Below, piece after piece: positions 1-13,139 of a stretch of DNA of 64,000 nt. The DNA is from Octopus sinensis. Lineage: Eukaryota. The notes below the pieces were generated by a model. That model was given only the letters and a program-made list of their open reading frames with translations. It did no database searches and was not told where the DNA came from. A program made the position numbers and the translations under genes. Position 1 is the first letter of the stretch; every line of letters starts with the position of its first letter. The DNA lies in assembly GCF_006345805.1 (NCBI RefSeq), contig NC_043000.1, positions 41,912,001 to 41,976,000 of the forward strand, given 5' to 3'.

Positions 1-67
1 CGTTAGCATGTTATAGTCTTGATGGAATAAAGCTCAAGACATAACTGTTGTCATTGTTAACAGTAAA

Positions 68-272
68 ATGTGGCGAGCAGGCAGAACCATTCGCACGCTG
101 GACAAAATTATTAACGGCATTTTTCCGGCTTTAATTTCTGGGTTCAAATTCAAATTCCGCTGAAGTCGACTTTGCTATCCATCCTTTCGGGATCAAATAA
201 GTACCAGTTGTTGGATGTAATCGAGTAGCCACTCACCTCAAAGTGTCAGACCATGAGACTTTAGTAAAAAGG
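68..272 (+). mobile_element. tRNA-derived SINE, family B (AAGGCGGCGAGCTGGCAGAA head), diverged
   Basis: Head TGGCGAGCAGGCAGAA, B-box-like GGGTTCAAATTC, and body GTCGACTTTGC..CATCCTTTCGGG shared with many copies in the window. Confidence 0.75.
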
Positions 273-673
273 AAAGAATACTAAAGTGATGAATTAGCAA
301 GGGCTAACGCCTCTAACAAATTGCTATACGGTATTCCTTCCGGTTATTTACGTTCTGGTTTCAAATCTCACTGTGGTCAGTTTTGCCCTTTATCCTTTCG
401 TAGATCTACCAAATAAAGTGCCAGTCGCGTAATGGGCTTCATTGCATGTACTAAAATCTGCCCTTAAAATTGCTGCCCTTGCACCTAAATCAGAAACCTA
501 TGTTGTTTGATGCTGTTGTTATTCACTGTAAATGATGATGTTTTACTGAGCTCCACTCAGAAGTTGTTTTCTTCCATGATTAACCAAGGTAAACAATTCA
601 TACTTTTTTTCCTCATTTATTATTTTTGTAATTTCTATGACACAAAAGGCTTCGGAAAATTTTATCATTCATC

Positions 674-833
674 AAGGCAGCGAGCTGACAGAATCGTAAG
701 TTCAAATTCCGCGGAGGTCGACTTACCTTTCATCCTTTCGGGGTCGATAAAATAAGTTGAGTATTGGGGACGATGTAATCGCCTCACCTCTTCCCCCGAA
801 GTTGATGATGTTGTACCAAAATTCGAAACCAAT
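674..833 (+). mobile_element. SINE family B copy, internally deleted
   Basis: AAGGCAGCGAGCTGACAGAATCGT...AGTTCAAATTCCGCGGAGGTCGAC...CATCCTTTCGGGGTCGATAAAATAAG...GAAACC. Confidence 0.8.
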
Positions 834-1751
834 ATTTTTACACTCACCGCCATTATTAAACCGAGGTGGAAAAGAAATCTCACCTTTGTCATTCTAATTG
901 TATATACACATTTTTATAAGCGTTTATTTTGATTCTTTTATCAGTGGTTCAATACGGTCACTTCTGGATAGCAGTGGAAGGAGATGCTGAGGACGCTGTG
1001 GTTGTAGCGAAATTGTTAAATATATTTTTAAAAATCGGATTAAGATAAAATATAATCATAACTTACAATTCATGATTAACCAGACAATTACAGATACAGA
1101 CAACCTTAGACAAACGAAAACGAGAATGGTTGGAGGAAGATACCTTCACACCGGAGGCCAAGCCAGAAAGCTTGAAGCATACTCGTTCCCGCTAAATACA
1201 TCCCAGGTATCATGAGACGGTGTTAAACTACAGGTGGATTAAACTTAACACATGATTAGGCCATAGCAGAAATTGAACTCAAAGCGCAGAAAGTCGAAAC
1301 AAATACCGTGGCACATTGTATTCGAAGCTCAAAAGAATTATCTAATTTGTCACTTCTGTGTATGTATGTATGTATGTGTATGTATGTATGTATGTATGTG
1401 TGTGTGTATGTATGTATGTGTGTATGTATGTATGCATGTATGCGTGTATGTATGTATGAGTATGGATGGATGGATGGATGGATGGATATATGTATGTATT
1501 CTACCTTTCTTTCTTCCTTTTACCGAAAATTAATCTTCACAGAGGTAAAGAAGCTAGAACTAAATAAACTTTTTTTTCAGAAAACGAATATTTCCTAAAA
1601 GATGAAAGAGAACTGCTAGCTTTGTACATATATGTGTGTGTGTGTGTGTGTATGTATGTATATGTGTGTGTTTGTGCGTGTGTATATATATACACATACA
1701 TACATATGTAGACACACAAGCACATACTAGCACACATACACACACTCGCAT

Positions 1752-1793
<42 letters not shown>

Positions 1794-2205
1794 TAACAAA
1801 TGCGCATAAAATAAATGAATAACTATATAAATCGAGAGCTAATGAGAAAATAATGCACAAGCTTTTAATAGGTAAGTACTTTAAGAAAATAAACTGCATC
1901 AAAGGGTGTTTGGCTTTTACAACTTCCCTTTATGCTTGTACACAATAGGGAAACGCATGTCTTCTGATGCAGCGTTGTAAATAATTCCTTCTAGAAAGAT
2001 TGCTTTTGGAATTTGTTTGCTTGCTTGTTTTTTTCTGATTTATTATTTTTGTTTCTTGCTCGTTCGTTGACGCCAACTTTCTCACCCCCCAACCTTATTT
2101 ACTGTCTCCAAAAAACGGCAGCACTCGAGTCACATTAGGAGACTGTACACAGTTGTTTTACGTGTTAAAAGTAGCAGCCAAAACATCTTAAAATCGCTCT
2201 GTGAA

Positions 2206-2286
<81 letters not shown>

Positions 2287-2404
2287 TGCGGCTGATTAAG
2301 GCTGTTGACTAATATATATTTTTTTTTCTAAATCAGAGAATATATATTCCGCTTAACAACATCATCAGCATCAGCAGCAGCAGCAGCAACAGCAACAACA
2401 ACAA

Positions 2405-2628
2405 CAACGGTGACTGTATTCAGGTTTATGTCTCTGCCCCACGTGGTCAAATGTGTTAGAAATATCAGCTAATTATCTCTCAAATCAAATCCTAACGCCT
2501 CAGAAAATAAAAGGACACGTTAGATAATGTGTAATATGCTTTTGGAACAAGGCGGCATTTTTAACACTGGTATATTTTTGATCATAGGTCTTCTCGATCA
2601 GGATTTACCTGGTGCCTAACACCAACAA
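2405..2628 (+). mobile_element. Dispersed SINE-like repeat, family D (CTAGAAATAGCAGC motif, AAC-type tail)
   Basis: Segments GTGGTC..TAGAAATA..., GGATAATGT and TGATCATAGGTCT.CTCGATCAGG recur in diverged form near 9310-9450 (minus), 14985-15150, 22745-22930 and 24715-24850. Confidence 0.5.
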
Positions 2629-2653
2629 AGGAACATCAGAAATAAAGCTAATT

Positions 2654-3390
2654 CGGATCTTTTCATTTTGAAGGCCAGATTTTCCTCGTTAACTAAACAA
2701 TTTGAAACTTCGTATACTGGTAGAATGTGTCAAAAGAAAACATTATTGTAAACAAAATTGAAAACAAAATTGTAATTCGTAACTTAAACGTAGTTTAATT
2801 TTAAGAATTTTAACCATTGAAATCGCAGCATTCGAGCTCAAATTATTTACCTATTCTTCTGTCTTCTACATGTGCTAGAAATAACAGCTATATCTCTTAA
2901 ATCGATTAATTTCGTCGCCCAATAAAAACATTAACGATATTTTTTGAATATTTTCTTTATTTTTTTTTACCGAAAAGGCTTCTCCCATGGTTTTGAAGGG
3001 CCAGAAACAGCAAAAACAAAACAATAATATGCCTAAATCGGTCTCGAGTTTGCGCGTGGAGTGTGAGTAGTATTGTAAAAATTTGCGAAATATTTTTTCA
3101 TAAAAGCATGCCCCCAGCTTGTCGGAAGCTGTGATATAAATTGGGAAAAAAATCCTCCACACCAGTGCGTAATTGGTACTTAATTTATCGACCCCGAAAC
3201 GATGAAACATTGACCTCCACCTTCTGGTTTATTTACCTTTTGGGCAAATTTGTTGCGGCAAGTGGCAAAACACGAACGTGTAATGTATGCTTGTGTGCGT
3301 ATGTGTGTGTATGTATATGTCCGTTTGTATGTGTCTGTACGCTTATATACTAATTACTATGTGCTTGTGCAAATGTATATGCATGTGTTT

Positions 3391-3435
<45 letters not shown>

Positions 3436-3700
3436 TGTGTGTGTGTGTCGTACGTCTGCTATATTTCTTTATCAATATCGATAACGCAGCAATGCTGGGA
3501 TTTCATTGGTTAAAATTCGAAGATGTTGGGATTTCATTGGTTAAAATTCTTAAAATTAAACTATGTTTAAGTTACGAATTACAATTTTGTTTTCAATTTT
3601 GTTTACAATAATGTTTTCTTTTGACACATTCTACCAGTATACGAAGTTTCAAATTGTTTAGTTAACTAGGAAAATCTGGCCTTCAAAATGAAAAGATCCG
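2654..3700. mobile_element. Non-autonomous TIR element (MITE-like) with ~175-bp inverted arms
   Basis: 2654-2830 is the near-perfect reverse complement of 3524-3700 (CGGATCTTTTCATTTTGAAGGCCAG... / ...CTGGCCTTCAAAATGAAAAGATCCG). Confidence 0.8.
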
Positions 3701-5554
3701 CTAATTCTTCGAGTAACAACTGGTTTCTCTTTCATCTACTCCTTTTCAAAATATTTTTTTATCTTGATAAGTTGCCCAAAATTCTTTACTAATACAATGG
3801 TACTTTCCTACCAACCTACTTTTTGTGAAACGCTTTGGGAAAATACTCAAATATAATAAGAAGCAAATAGTTTTGGTGGCGGTGGTTGTTTATCGCTGTC
3901 TGCATGCACCTCGTGACTACATTTATTGACTGGTACTTATTTAATTGACCGCGAAATGATGAAAGGCAAATCGATGTCGGTGGAATTTGAATCCAGAACG
4001 TAATTAACCAATAAAAAATGTAGCTCTGTATTTTATATGACTCGGTAAAAATTCTGCTCGTATCTGCTGACGTGTAGCCGCAGATCAACTCCCATCAAAC
4101 TAAATTATGGTTAAAAGAATTCCAGTTCAGACCATCCATCACTCACTCTTGGTATCAGATACAGAGCATTGTCTATACTTTTTTTTCCAAGTGGTAAAAC
4201 ATGAATTTCATAAGAATTAGTTAGAGGGAATGCATTACAAAAATTGGTGGGGAAGCATATTTTAAAAATATTTTGAAGTGAAAATGACTTTAAAAGTACG
4301 GTAAATATTTTGTAGAAAACCCGTTTGTAACCCCGGTGTGAAATAATTTTTTCCAGAGGTTTGTTTCGAGAGCATTCAACATATCTCACCTCCAATGATT
4401 TAGCTGCTATTTATAGCACTCCCTGTTACCACGTAACAGCTATTTGCGATAAAGGTTCCGAAATACCTGTTACGTGGTAGCAGGACGTGCTAGAAATAGT
4501 TGTTAAATCTTTCCTTTTCTGGGGAAAGGGGCTGTTTACGCATGATTTCGATGTCACATTCGTTGAAAGCATGTGAAATAACCTGGAAAGGAAAAAACTC
4601 ACTGAACGAAACTCCTTTGGTGGGAAACTCTGAGGTCCCCACAATCCCTCCCCCTTTCTTTTCCGGAAGAAAGTGGCTTGCAGTGGGTTTGGAGGGGAGA
4701 TACATTGAATGCACTCGAAAAAACTTGTAGAAAAAAAACTCGAAATGCACTCGAAAAAAACCTGTACTAACGGGTCCTTTACGAAATATTTACCCAATAT
4801 CGGGACAGGCATGCGAATAGAAGGATCGATGAGACTGATAAAGCAAGGGTTAAGCGTCTGGCGAAAGACTTATTATAATCATTCAGAAACAAACGGAAAC
4901 TGTTAGCTTCGTTTATTAGTTTCAAAATTTTCTTCGCACTGTTTGCGACCTGGTCACTGACACAGTGCAACTGCGCGGAAGGTATCTGAAAGTAAAACGG
5001 CCCGTTTCTTTCATTGGCTTTTGTTGCTTCGACTGGAGTTAACAATTCCCCAGACCGGTGACCCGATCCTAATATACATTTGCAATAGGAGTGAACTCTA
5101 CTGAAAGCACTCAAGGCCAGGAGATAGCGTCCAAATGAACGATATAGTAGGTGTAATTGTCCCACCAGCTTTCTTTTCCTCCTTCCCACTCCACTCCCCT
5201 CTATTTGTATTTGCTTGTAAACAGCGACAACAAAAAACTGAAACGAATTAAACTGCTATGAATTGAGTTCTTTTATTTAAACGGTTCTTTTTCTTGTTCC
5301 TTTCTCTTTCTTAGTATCTGCTTTCGTCCTTTTTTAACCTCTCTTCCCCCACCACAATTTCACTCTCTTCTTCCACCTACCGATTTGCTCCGTGACACCT
5401 CAGGGCCTTCTCTGTCTCTCCGTCGTTCGTTCATGCAATGGCGGTCTCTTTCTATCCCATTCTGGAAATATGCGTATGCCTGTATACATACATACATATA
5501 TATGTGTGTGTGTGTGTTTGTATGTATGTATGTCATATATATACACATTTTATA

Positions 5555-5667
<113 letters not shown>

Positions 5668-6523
5668 TCTAACATGTCCTTTCTGATATATCGCTTTCTT
5701 TCTCTTTATTCGAGTCAGTGAAGCATTATATCTCCCATCGATTACGTTTTAAAATACTTCACATCTTCATCTTTCTCTTTCGCACTTATATATATATATA
5801 TATATACCCTCCCACACACACACACACATACACACACACGCACGCACACACACATATACTTATGAATATATACAAACACGTATAAAGGCATACCGCATAC
5901 ACACATACAAATACATGTACATGTATATTTTTTGTAGCTGTTTCTAAGTACATGTGCCAATCGATTGATTTGTTTAAATACACATTTATGACTTAATAGC
6001 TGCAACATGCAGTTTTATTGTTATATAATATTCATTGAAAGTTATTGTGTAATTATTGTTTTTGAACAAACATGACGGGACAAAGCATAAATGTTAGTAC
6101 AGTTTGTGTTTATATTCGCCCATTTATGTTATATGTTCAATTGATATTGGGTGGTCTTAATTTTGCTTTAATCTCTCTTCAATCGATTTCGTTTGCGGCA
6201 ATTGCAGTAGATATGTAGCCTGAAGTCTAGGTTTGTGCTCAAAGACGATGCAGCCATGACCATCTAATTTGTACAACTAGATTATTTAGAACAAGAAAAT
6301 GTAAGGTTTACTGTTTTGACATGGTCTCTGCCTCTGAAAGTTTTTACAAAAGTGTCCAAGTGTTCTCAATAAACGAACATCTGATGGTGCTAGGACCACT
6401 GAATAAGGAAGGTAATGAAGAGGTACACAGCCTAATGAATTTGTCTTCATTTGTTTAATCTTGTTAAAAGCACTTTATTCCCTAAGGGTACTTCATGAGG
6501 TACCCGATTCCCTTCTCTGTATA

Positions 6524-6727
6524 CAGTAGAACCTCGGTTTTCGAACAACTCTGATCACGAATAAATAATACTGTGTGGTAAGTAACTTGCTAACCAACAA
6601 CATGGTTCCGGGTTCAGTCCCACTGCGTGGCATCTTGGGCAAGTGTCTTCTGCTATAGCCCCGGGCCGACCAATGTCTTGTGAGTGGATTTGGTAGACAG
6701 AAACTGAAAGAAGCCTGTCGTATATAT

Positions 6728-6762
<35 letters not shown>

Positions 6763-6979
6763 CGTTTGTGTGTCTGTGTTTGTCCCCCTAGCATTGCTTG
6801 ACAACCGATGCTGGTGTTTACATCCCCGTCACTTAGCGGTTCGGCAAAAAAGACCGATAGAATAAGTACTGGGCTTACAAAGAATAAGTCCCGGGGTCGA
6901 TTTGCTCGACTAAAAGCGGTGCTCCAGCATGGCCGCAGTCAAATGACTGAAACAAGTAGAATGAAAGAAAAAGAAAAGA

Positions 6980-7035
<56 letters not shown>

Positions 7036-7051
7036 GTCTATCTCTTTCTCT

Positions 7052-7136
<85 letters not shown>

Positions 7137-7179
7137 CACGATTATTCGCGATTAGAGTTCGAAAACTGAGGTACTACTG
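6524..7179. mobile_element. Tigger/pogo-type MITE interrupted by a SINE and microsatellites
   Basis: TA|CAGTAGAACCTCGGTTTTCGAAC ... GTTCGAAAACTGAGGTACTACTG|TA: 23-bp TIRs with TA target duplication. Confidence 0.85.
6571..6980 (+). mobile_element. tRNA-derived CORE-like SINE, family A
   Basis: CTGTGTGGTAAG..GGTTCAGTCC (B box), CORE-like CTTGGGCAAGT, internal (TA)/(TG) tract, tail GCAGTCAAATGACTGAAACAAGTA. Confidence 0.9.
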
Positions 7180-8368
7180 TATTTTCCCAATCTGCTTGAG
7201 ATGATCTTAAACAGAGGATCAAGGTTTATTAAGCCTATATCTCCGGGATATATTCCAGTTACTTTGACCTTGATCCTGTTCAAACGATATTTTCACTGCT
7301 TCATTATTAATCACAGATGGTCATTTTGATCGATAATCATCAAAAAGATTGAAATCGAGGTTTCTGAATCTGTTAAACGAGGTTTGACATTTCCGAACAC
7401 TCCCGGCATATGACGTGTTGCATTGTTGCTCTTACGAAATTCATAAAACATGCAATGCCGGATATGCAGTTCACTAACGTTCTAGCTTTCCATGGGCTAT
7501 CAGATAGAACATATAAACATACAACATGTGTCTACCTTAACGTTTGGCCATTAACTCAATGCTGATTCGTTGATTGCAAGGGCACTTTTAATTGGCTTAT
7601 AACCTACTTATAGTAGATATATAAAATATATATACATGTACACATACATAGGTACATGAGTATGCATGCACGCAACGGATGCTCAATCAAACAGAAAACT
7701 AACAAATGTTCAGCTTTCGCTAAACCCGTCCATGGCAATTCTTTTTCTAAGAATCTTTCATGAATTCCCTCTATGGATACGAGACATTTTTAAGTCTTAA
7801 TTAATTCAATCACTTATTGATATCAATATGACCGTCATTAGTTCTCCACTAAAGCGTTTAAACCCCCTCTCGTTAAACAAAGTCCACCGACGACATCTTT
7901 AGCAGATTTTTATCTTCTACATTTGTTTAAATTAATTGTTTCAAAGTTGATTACTTTCCTTTTGCATTCACCTCTTGCATGCTTTATACTATACGTAAAG
8001 GCATGGACAGCCTTTTGGGGGAAGAAGCGGGTCGCATGACACATGGCTTATCATCGGGTAGACTGCACTTCTAAATATATTCAAGGTAATTTTTCTTTGG
8101 CGTGCCACTCAGAAATTCCGCGGGTCACAGTTTATCCATTGACCCCTCCATATTATATTTCTTGCGCCTTCCTTTTTCTGTTCTTGATTTTATTTCTTCC
8201 CTCCTTCCGTTTTTCTATCTTTGTTGCGTTTCCCTTCATTCATTTATGTGCTTATATGTTTCTTCTTTAACTCTCGCTACATTTTCCCAACCACACTCAT
8301 TATTTCTTTACATTTTTACTCTCTCATTATTACTAATGAGAAAATTATTTTCATCACTTGTCCGACCT

Positions 8369-8731
8369 AAGGCAGCGAGGTGGCAGAATCGATAGCACGC
8401 CGGGCAAAATGCTTTGCGGCATTTCGTCCATCTTAAATGTTCTGAGTTCAATTTCTGCCGAAGTTGACTTTACCTTCAAACCTTTCGGTGTATTGGGGTC
8501 GATTTAATCGACTGGCCTTGTGCCAAAATTTGAAACCATTATTAATCCAGCCTTAGGCAGTGAGCTGGCAGAATCATTAGCACGCAGGGCAAAATGTTTA
8601 GCGGTATTTCATCCGCCGTAAACATTATGGTTCCAATTCCGCCGTAGTGGAGTTTGACTTTCATCCTTTCGGGGTCGATAAAATAAGTGTCAGTTGATTT
8701 ACCAGAAATTGCTGGCCAAAATTTGAAACCA
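8369..8731 (+). mobile_element. Two head-to-tail SINE family B copies (8369-8542, 8555-8731)
   Basis: Both start (A)AGGCAG(C/T)GAG.TGGCAGAATC and end AAATTTGAAACCATT. Confidence 0.85.
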
Positions 8732-9768
8732 TTTGAAAACGAGAAGGGAAAACCCAGCCTTCCCTTTTCCCATTATTAATTCTCCCCATCCTTGCAGCTT
8801 GCTTGTTTTTCAATCATTTTTATTATGTATTGTTTCCTCTCACGAATACTTACATTCTTTCTCGTATCATCTCCACTCCCTGCCATTTTTTTTTTTTTCA
8901 TACTGGAATTAAATGAAGAAATTCCCTCACAATTACTTTTTCTAAAAGAACGCTTATCAATCTCCTGTAACTAAATATCATTCAGGTAACACCGTATTAT
9001 CTTTGTATATAAAAAGGCATGGGGAATTACACATCGAATAAGCAAAACTGAAGAGACAGAATAAGCTGCAACATATAAATTTGGAAACATTAGTAATAAA
9101 AGCTATGGCATTTTTGTTTGACGTCTGGTCAGTCTTGCTTCAACAAATCTATGATCCAAAATGTTTCAGCTGTGACTATTCTCTCTTTTGAATTTCCAAT
9201 ATTTAGGAATACACTATCTGATATATCCTGCTTCTTTTTTCCCCGGGCAATTCTACCGATTGCGTCAAGGCTTCACCCGTTGGCTCATGCATTATAAGAT
9301 TTTTGTTGCTGTTGTTGTTGTTTAGCTCATTTCAACCCTGATCGAGTAGACTAACGGTTAAAGGCATTTCAGACATGATCACGTATCTATCTTTATTCAT
9401 AGAATCTATCTTAGTCCTACATAATGTGTGATCTGAGGGTGTCAAGTAGAGGTTTCTCTTGTTGGCAAATCCATCTGAAAAGTATGTCATAACGATACAC
9501 AAAATAAATTAGCCACAAAGCAAATGAAAAATTAAAATGTCACGCAATAATTATGCATACAGACATACACACATACATACGTACATTCATACATACATAC
9601 TTACATACATACATCTATATGTATATATTCATGTGCGTGTGTTCGTGAGCGTATATGTATGTAAATATATATATATAAAAATATATATGCATACATACAT
9701 ACACACATATATATATATATACCTTACATGCGCATACACACACACACACTCACACACACTCACATACA

Positions 9769-9852
<84 letters not shown>

Positions 9853-10310
9853 TGATACGTTTATGTGTGTGTATGAGTATATATATATATAACGTGTAAA
9901 ATAATCGAAGTTATGCTAATGCAAATAAAGTATCCACCCTTAAACATACAGAAAACGAGAAGAGAAAACCGTCCGAGATAATACTCTGACATTCTCGAAT
10001 GAGGACATGATAATCTTGTCTCTTTCAACAGCACAAAGATACGTTTACTGTTTGATATGAAAGAAACGTTGTTGTGACTGAGTAACATACAATCAAAATT
10101 CTCAAATTCGCTGCAATCTTAGATTTCACAATATCTGATTATTATTCCTGGGGATACAAATTGTTAGCATAAAAAATAGCTTACCCAAAGGCTACAACGC
10201 CAGGAAATACCCCAGCTTTGATCATCTTCTCTCAAGGTGTTTGGCTGAGAGTCAGTATGGGGTGGTGGTGCTATATAAGGGACTGTGCTGCTATTACATA
10301 TATATGTAGG

Positions 10311-10362
<52 letters not shown>

Positions 10363-10411
10363 TTGTAAACAACTTGCACATGCAAGTGCTACCAGTCAAA
10401 AGCTCCGTATA

Positions 10412-10684
10412 CGGTTTTGCAACGAGACGGGTGTTATTTCGGAATTTCTTTTTCCTAGAGAGATGTCTATACAAAGATTAACGGTCTCTTGCTCCCAGGT
10501 ATTGGATGACTGAACATACATACATACATACATACATACATACATACATACATACATACATACATACATACATGCATACATGCATACGTGCATGCATGTA
10601 TACAGAACGTTGGCTGTCCCACTTATGTTCGAAGAACAATACTGACTAAAGCCATCAATTCTTGTACGGTCGAATAAGTTTTGT
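10412..10684. repeat. Copy 1 of a ~272-bp direct repeat containing (TACA)n
   Basis: Matches 12304-12574 apart from scattered substitutions (AACGAGACGGGTGTTATTTCGG...GGTCGAATAAGTTTTGT). Confidence 0.9.
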
Positions 10685-10689
10685 TTGCA

Positions 10690-10762
<73 letters not shown>

Positions 10763-10781
10763 ATATATATCTTGCAAACAA

Positions 10782-10818
<37 letters not shown>

Positions 10819-10822
<4 letters not shown>

Positions 10823-11048
10823 AAATGAAGAAAATGCTGACAAAATAATTTAAGTAATTTAATTAGGTGAAAGTTCTTTTTACCGGTTGCGCATTTGTTA
10901 TGCTTATCAAAAGGTTTTTCCTCTTATCTGGTATAAGAGGAAAAAACTTTTGATAACCATAACAAATGCGCAACGGTAAAAAGAACTTCACCTAATTAAA
11001 TTACTTAAATTACTTAAATTATTTTGTCAGCATTTTCTTCATTTCCTT
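10819..11048. repeat. Near-perfect ~230-bp palindrome (fold-back)
   Basis: Left arm AAGGAAATGAAGAAAATGCTGAC...CCTCTTAT, centre near 10930, right arm ATAAGAGG...GTCAGCATTTTCTTCATTTCCTT. Confidence 0.95.
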
Positions 11049-11081
11049 TTTTTATATATCACAACTCGTGTTCCACATCTC

Positions 11082-11126
<45 letters not shown>

Positions 11127-12303
11127 TATTTTGTCAGCATTTTCTTCATTTCCTTTTTTTATATATCACAACTCGTGTTCCACATCTCCTTTATATATAT
11201 ATGTATATATATATAAGCAAAAACATTCGAAGATGTTACTATTGTTAATACCATCTATGGCAAATATTTTTAATTGATAATATTAACACCAGTAACATAG
11301 GTGGTTCATAGGTTTAATATCATTATAAGCTATAAAATGTAAAATTACCACGAAGCCTTAAGGATGTAGTGAGCATCAACCTATTTAGAAATGAGAACCA
11401 AAGTCTCAATTAAACCGCCGGATGGCACAAAAATAATAGAAAATAACAGTATGCGAGGAAATGGACAAAGAATTAAAAAAGCATACCTATAAAAATTATG
11501 CCGTTCAGATGCTCACATACAATGGTTTTATATATATAAATGTCATAGGCAACATCCAAGGGCCATCTGACTGACAAAAATTCGCATAAGAGGATTCTAT
11601 AAGCTCTGCCTCCCTCAATGTTTATAGAGTTGGCTTCTCACATTGCATTGCTTCCACAGTTACAATGGCCTCTGTTTCTCGAAATTAATTAGTCTCATTT
11701 CCAGCTTTCCATAGAGATACTCTAGATGTACCAATTTTTTTTATATATCTCCACGTTCCGCAATAATTATTACACATAATACCTCCTTCCAAGAATTTCA
11801 GCCCATTGGAATTCTTTATAAGTCAATGCTTCCTTATTTTTTTCTTTCTTTCTTTTCACTTTTGCAGGCTTCGCCTTACTTATATTTAAACTTAACTCAA
11901 CCGTAAATTCCCTATTTTCAAAAAGCTTGAGATGATCGATATCACACGATTTTTTTTTACCTTTGACTAAACCACAAAAATAATGGCCCACCGACACGTT
12001 CCGATATTGCTATTGTACTACTGAATTAAAAACGAAAAAGCAGCATGCCTCCTGACGCACGTACAATTGTGATTGGTAACAGAGACAAATATATTGACAT
12101 ACATAGACAAATATGAATGTATACGTACATAGTGACTGTCAAAGACGAGTAAGCCCGTCACTGACAAATTACCATATCTGAGATCGAGATGCCATTGATG
12201 ACAACAGCCGCCAGAAGTGCTCGTCTTGAAATTTAAAATAAATAACAGCTTTCATAACGCCGCTAAACCTCTCACCTACAGAACCAAGTAAGATAAATAT
12301 TTC

Positions 12304-12574
12304 CGGTTTTACAACGAGACGGGTGTTATTTCGGAATTTCTTTTTCCTAGAGAGATGTCTGTACAAGGACTAACGGTCTCTTGCTCCCAAGTGTTGGATG
12401 ACTGACCATACATAAATACACATACATAAATACATACATACATACATACATACATACATACATACATACATACATACATACATACATACATGCAAAACTT
12501 TGGCTGTCCCACTTATGTTCGAAGAACAATACTGACTAAAGCCATCAATTCTTGTACGGTCGAATAAGTTTTGT
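12304..12574. repeat. Copy 2 of the ~272-bp direct repeat
   Basis: Aligns by eye to 10412-10684. Confidence 0.9.
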
Positions 12575-12864
12575 AAAACACCTGGTAGATGTTCTCTACT
12601 TTGATTCTGTGGTCTAAAGATAGGTTTAGTTAAAACGTCTGACGTCAATAAAAGTCAAAGTTCGAATTAACGGGTTTGTCGTAATCACCAAAATAGCGAA
12701 AATCTTTCCGCACACGACAAACTTTCTATCAGATTAAATTTGTTGCAACGATTCGAAGTCGAACCTTGATACGTCGGTAACAAGAAAAAGGCCACAATAT
12801 ATCAAATGATTTTTTCCCTGTATTCTGATCAGTCATATGACAGGTGCATTCATGTACCGCATGG

Positions 12865-13022
12865 TTTCTCTACCGTAAGAGAATGTGCCAGATAACATAT
12901 ACTCAAAAACAATCTTCAAAAGCAAAGAGAAAAAAAACAACGAAATTCGCCCGGAATTCTCTTTGCCTATGAGGATTGTTTTGAGTATATGTTATCTGGG
13001 AGATTCTCTTACGGTAGAGAAA
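12865..13022. mobile_element. Hairpin MITE (~158 bp)
   Basis: TTTCTCTACCGTAAGAGAAT..CCAGATAACATATACTCAAAAACAATC is mirrored by GATTGTTTTGAGTATATGTTATCTGG..ATTCTCTTACGGTAGAGAAA. Confidence 0.8.
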
Positions 13023-13139
13023 TAGCTAGTTGTTTAGCTGTTTTTTCTAAATTTTCGGTATGTGGTGAAGCAAATCTTTTTTGTTGAACCCTAATTATAA
13101 TTATACTGATAATTATAAAAATTATATACATATATAATA

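Noticed and set aside
4440-5200. GC-richer stretch with CCAAT/ETS-like words and a solo GGG|TTAA end
   Set aside because: Short motifs are expected by chance; no partner TIR or transcript evidence.
7211-7281. Hairpin AGGATCAAGG/CCTTGATCCT as a possible pre-miRNA
   Set aside because: Only ~10-13 bp of outer stem with a poorly paired middle.
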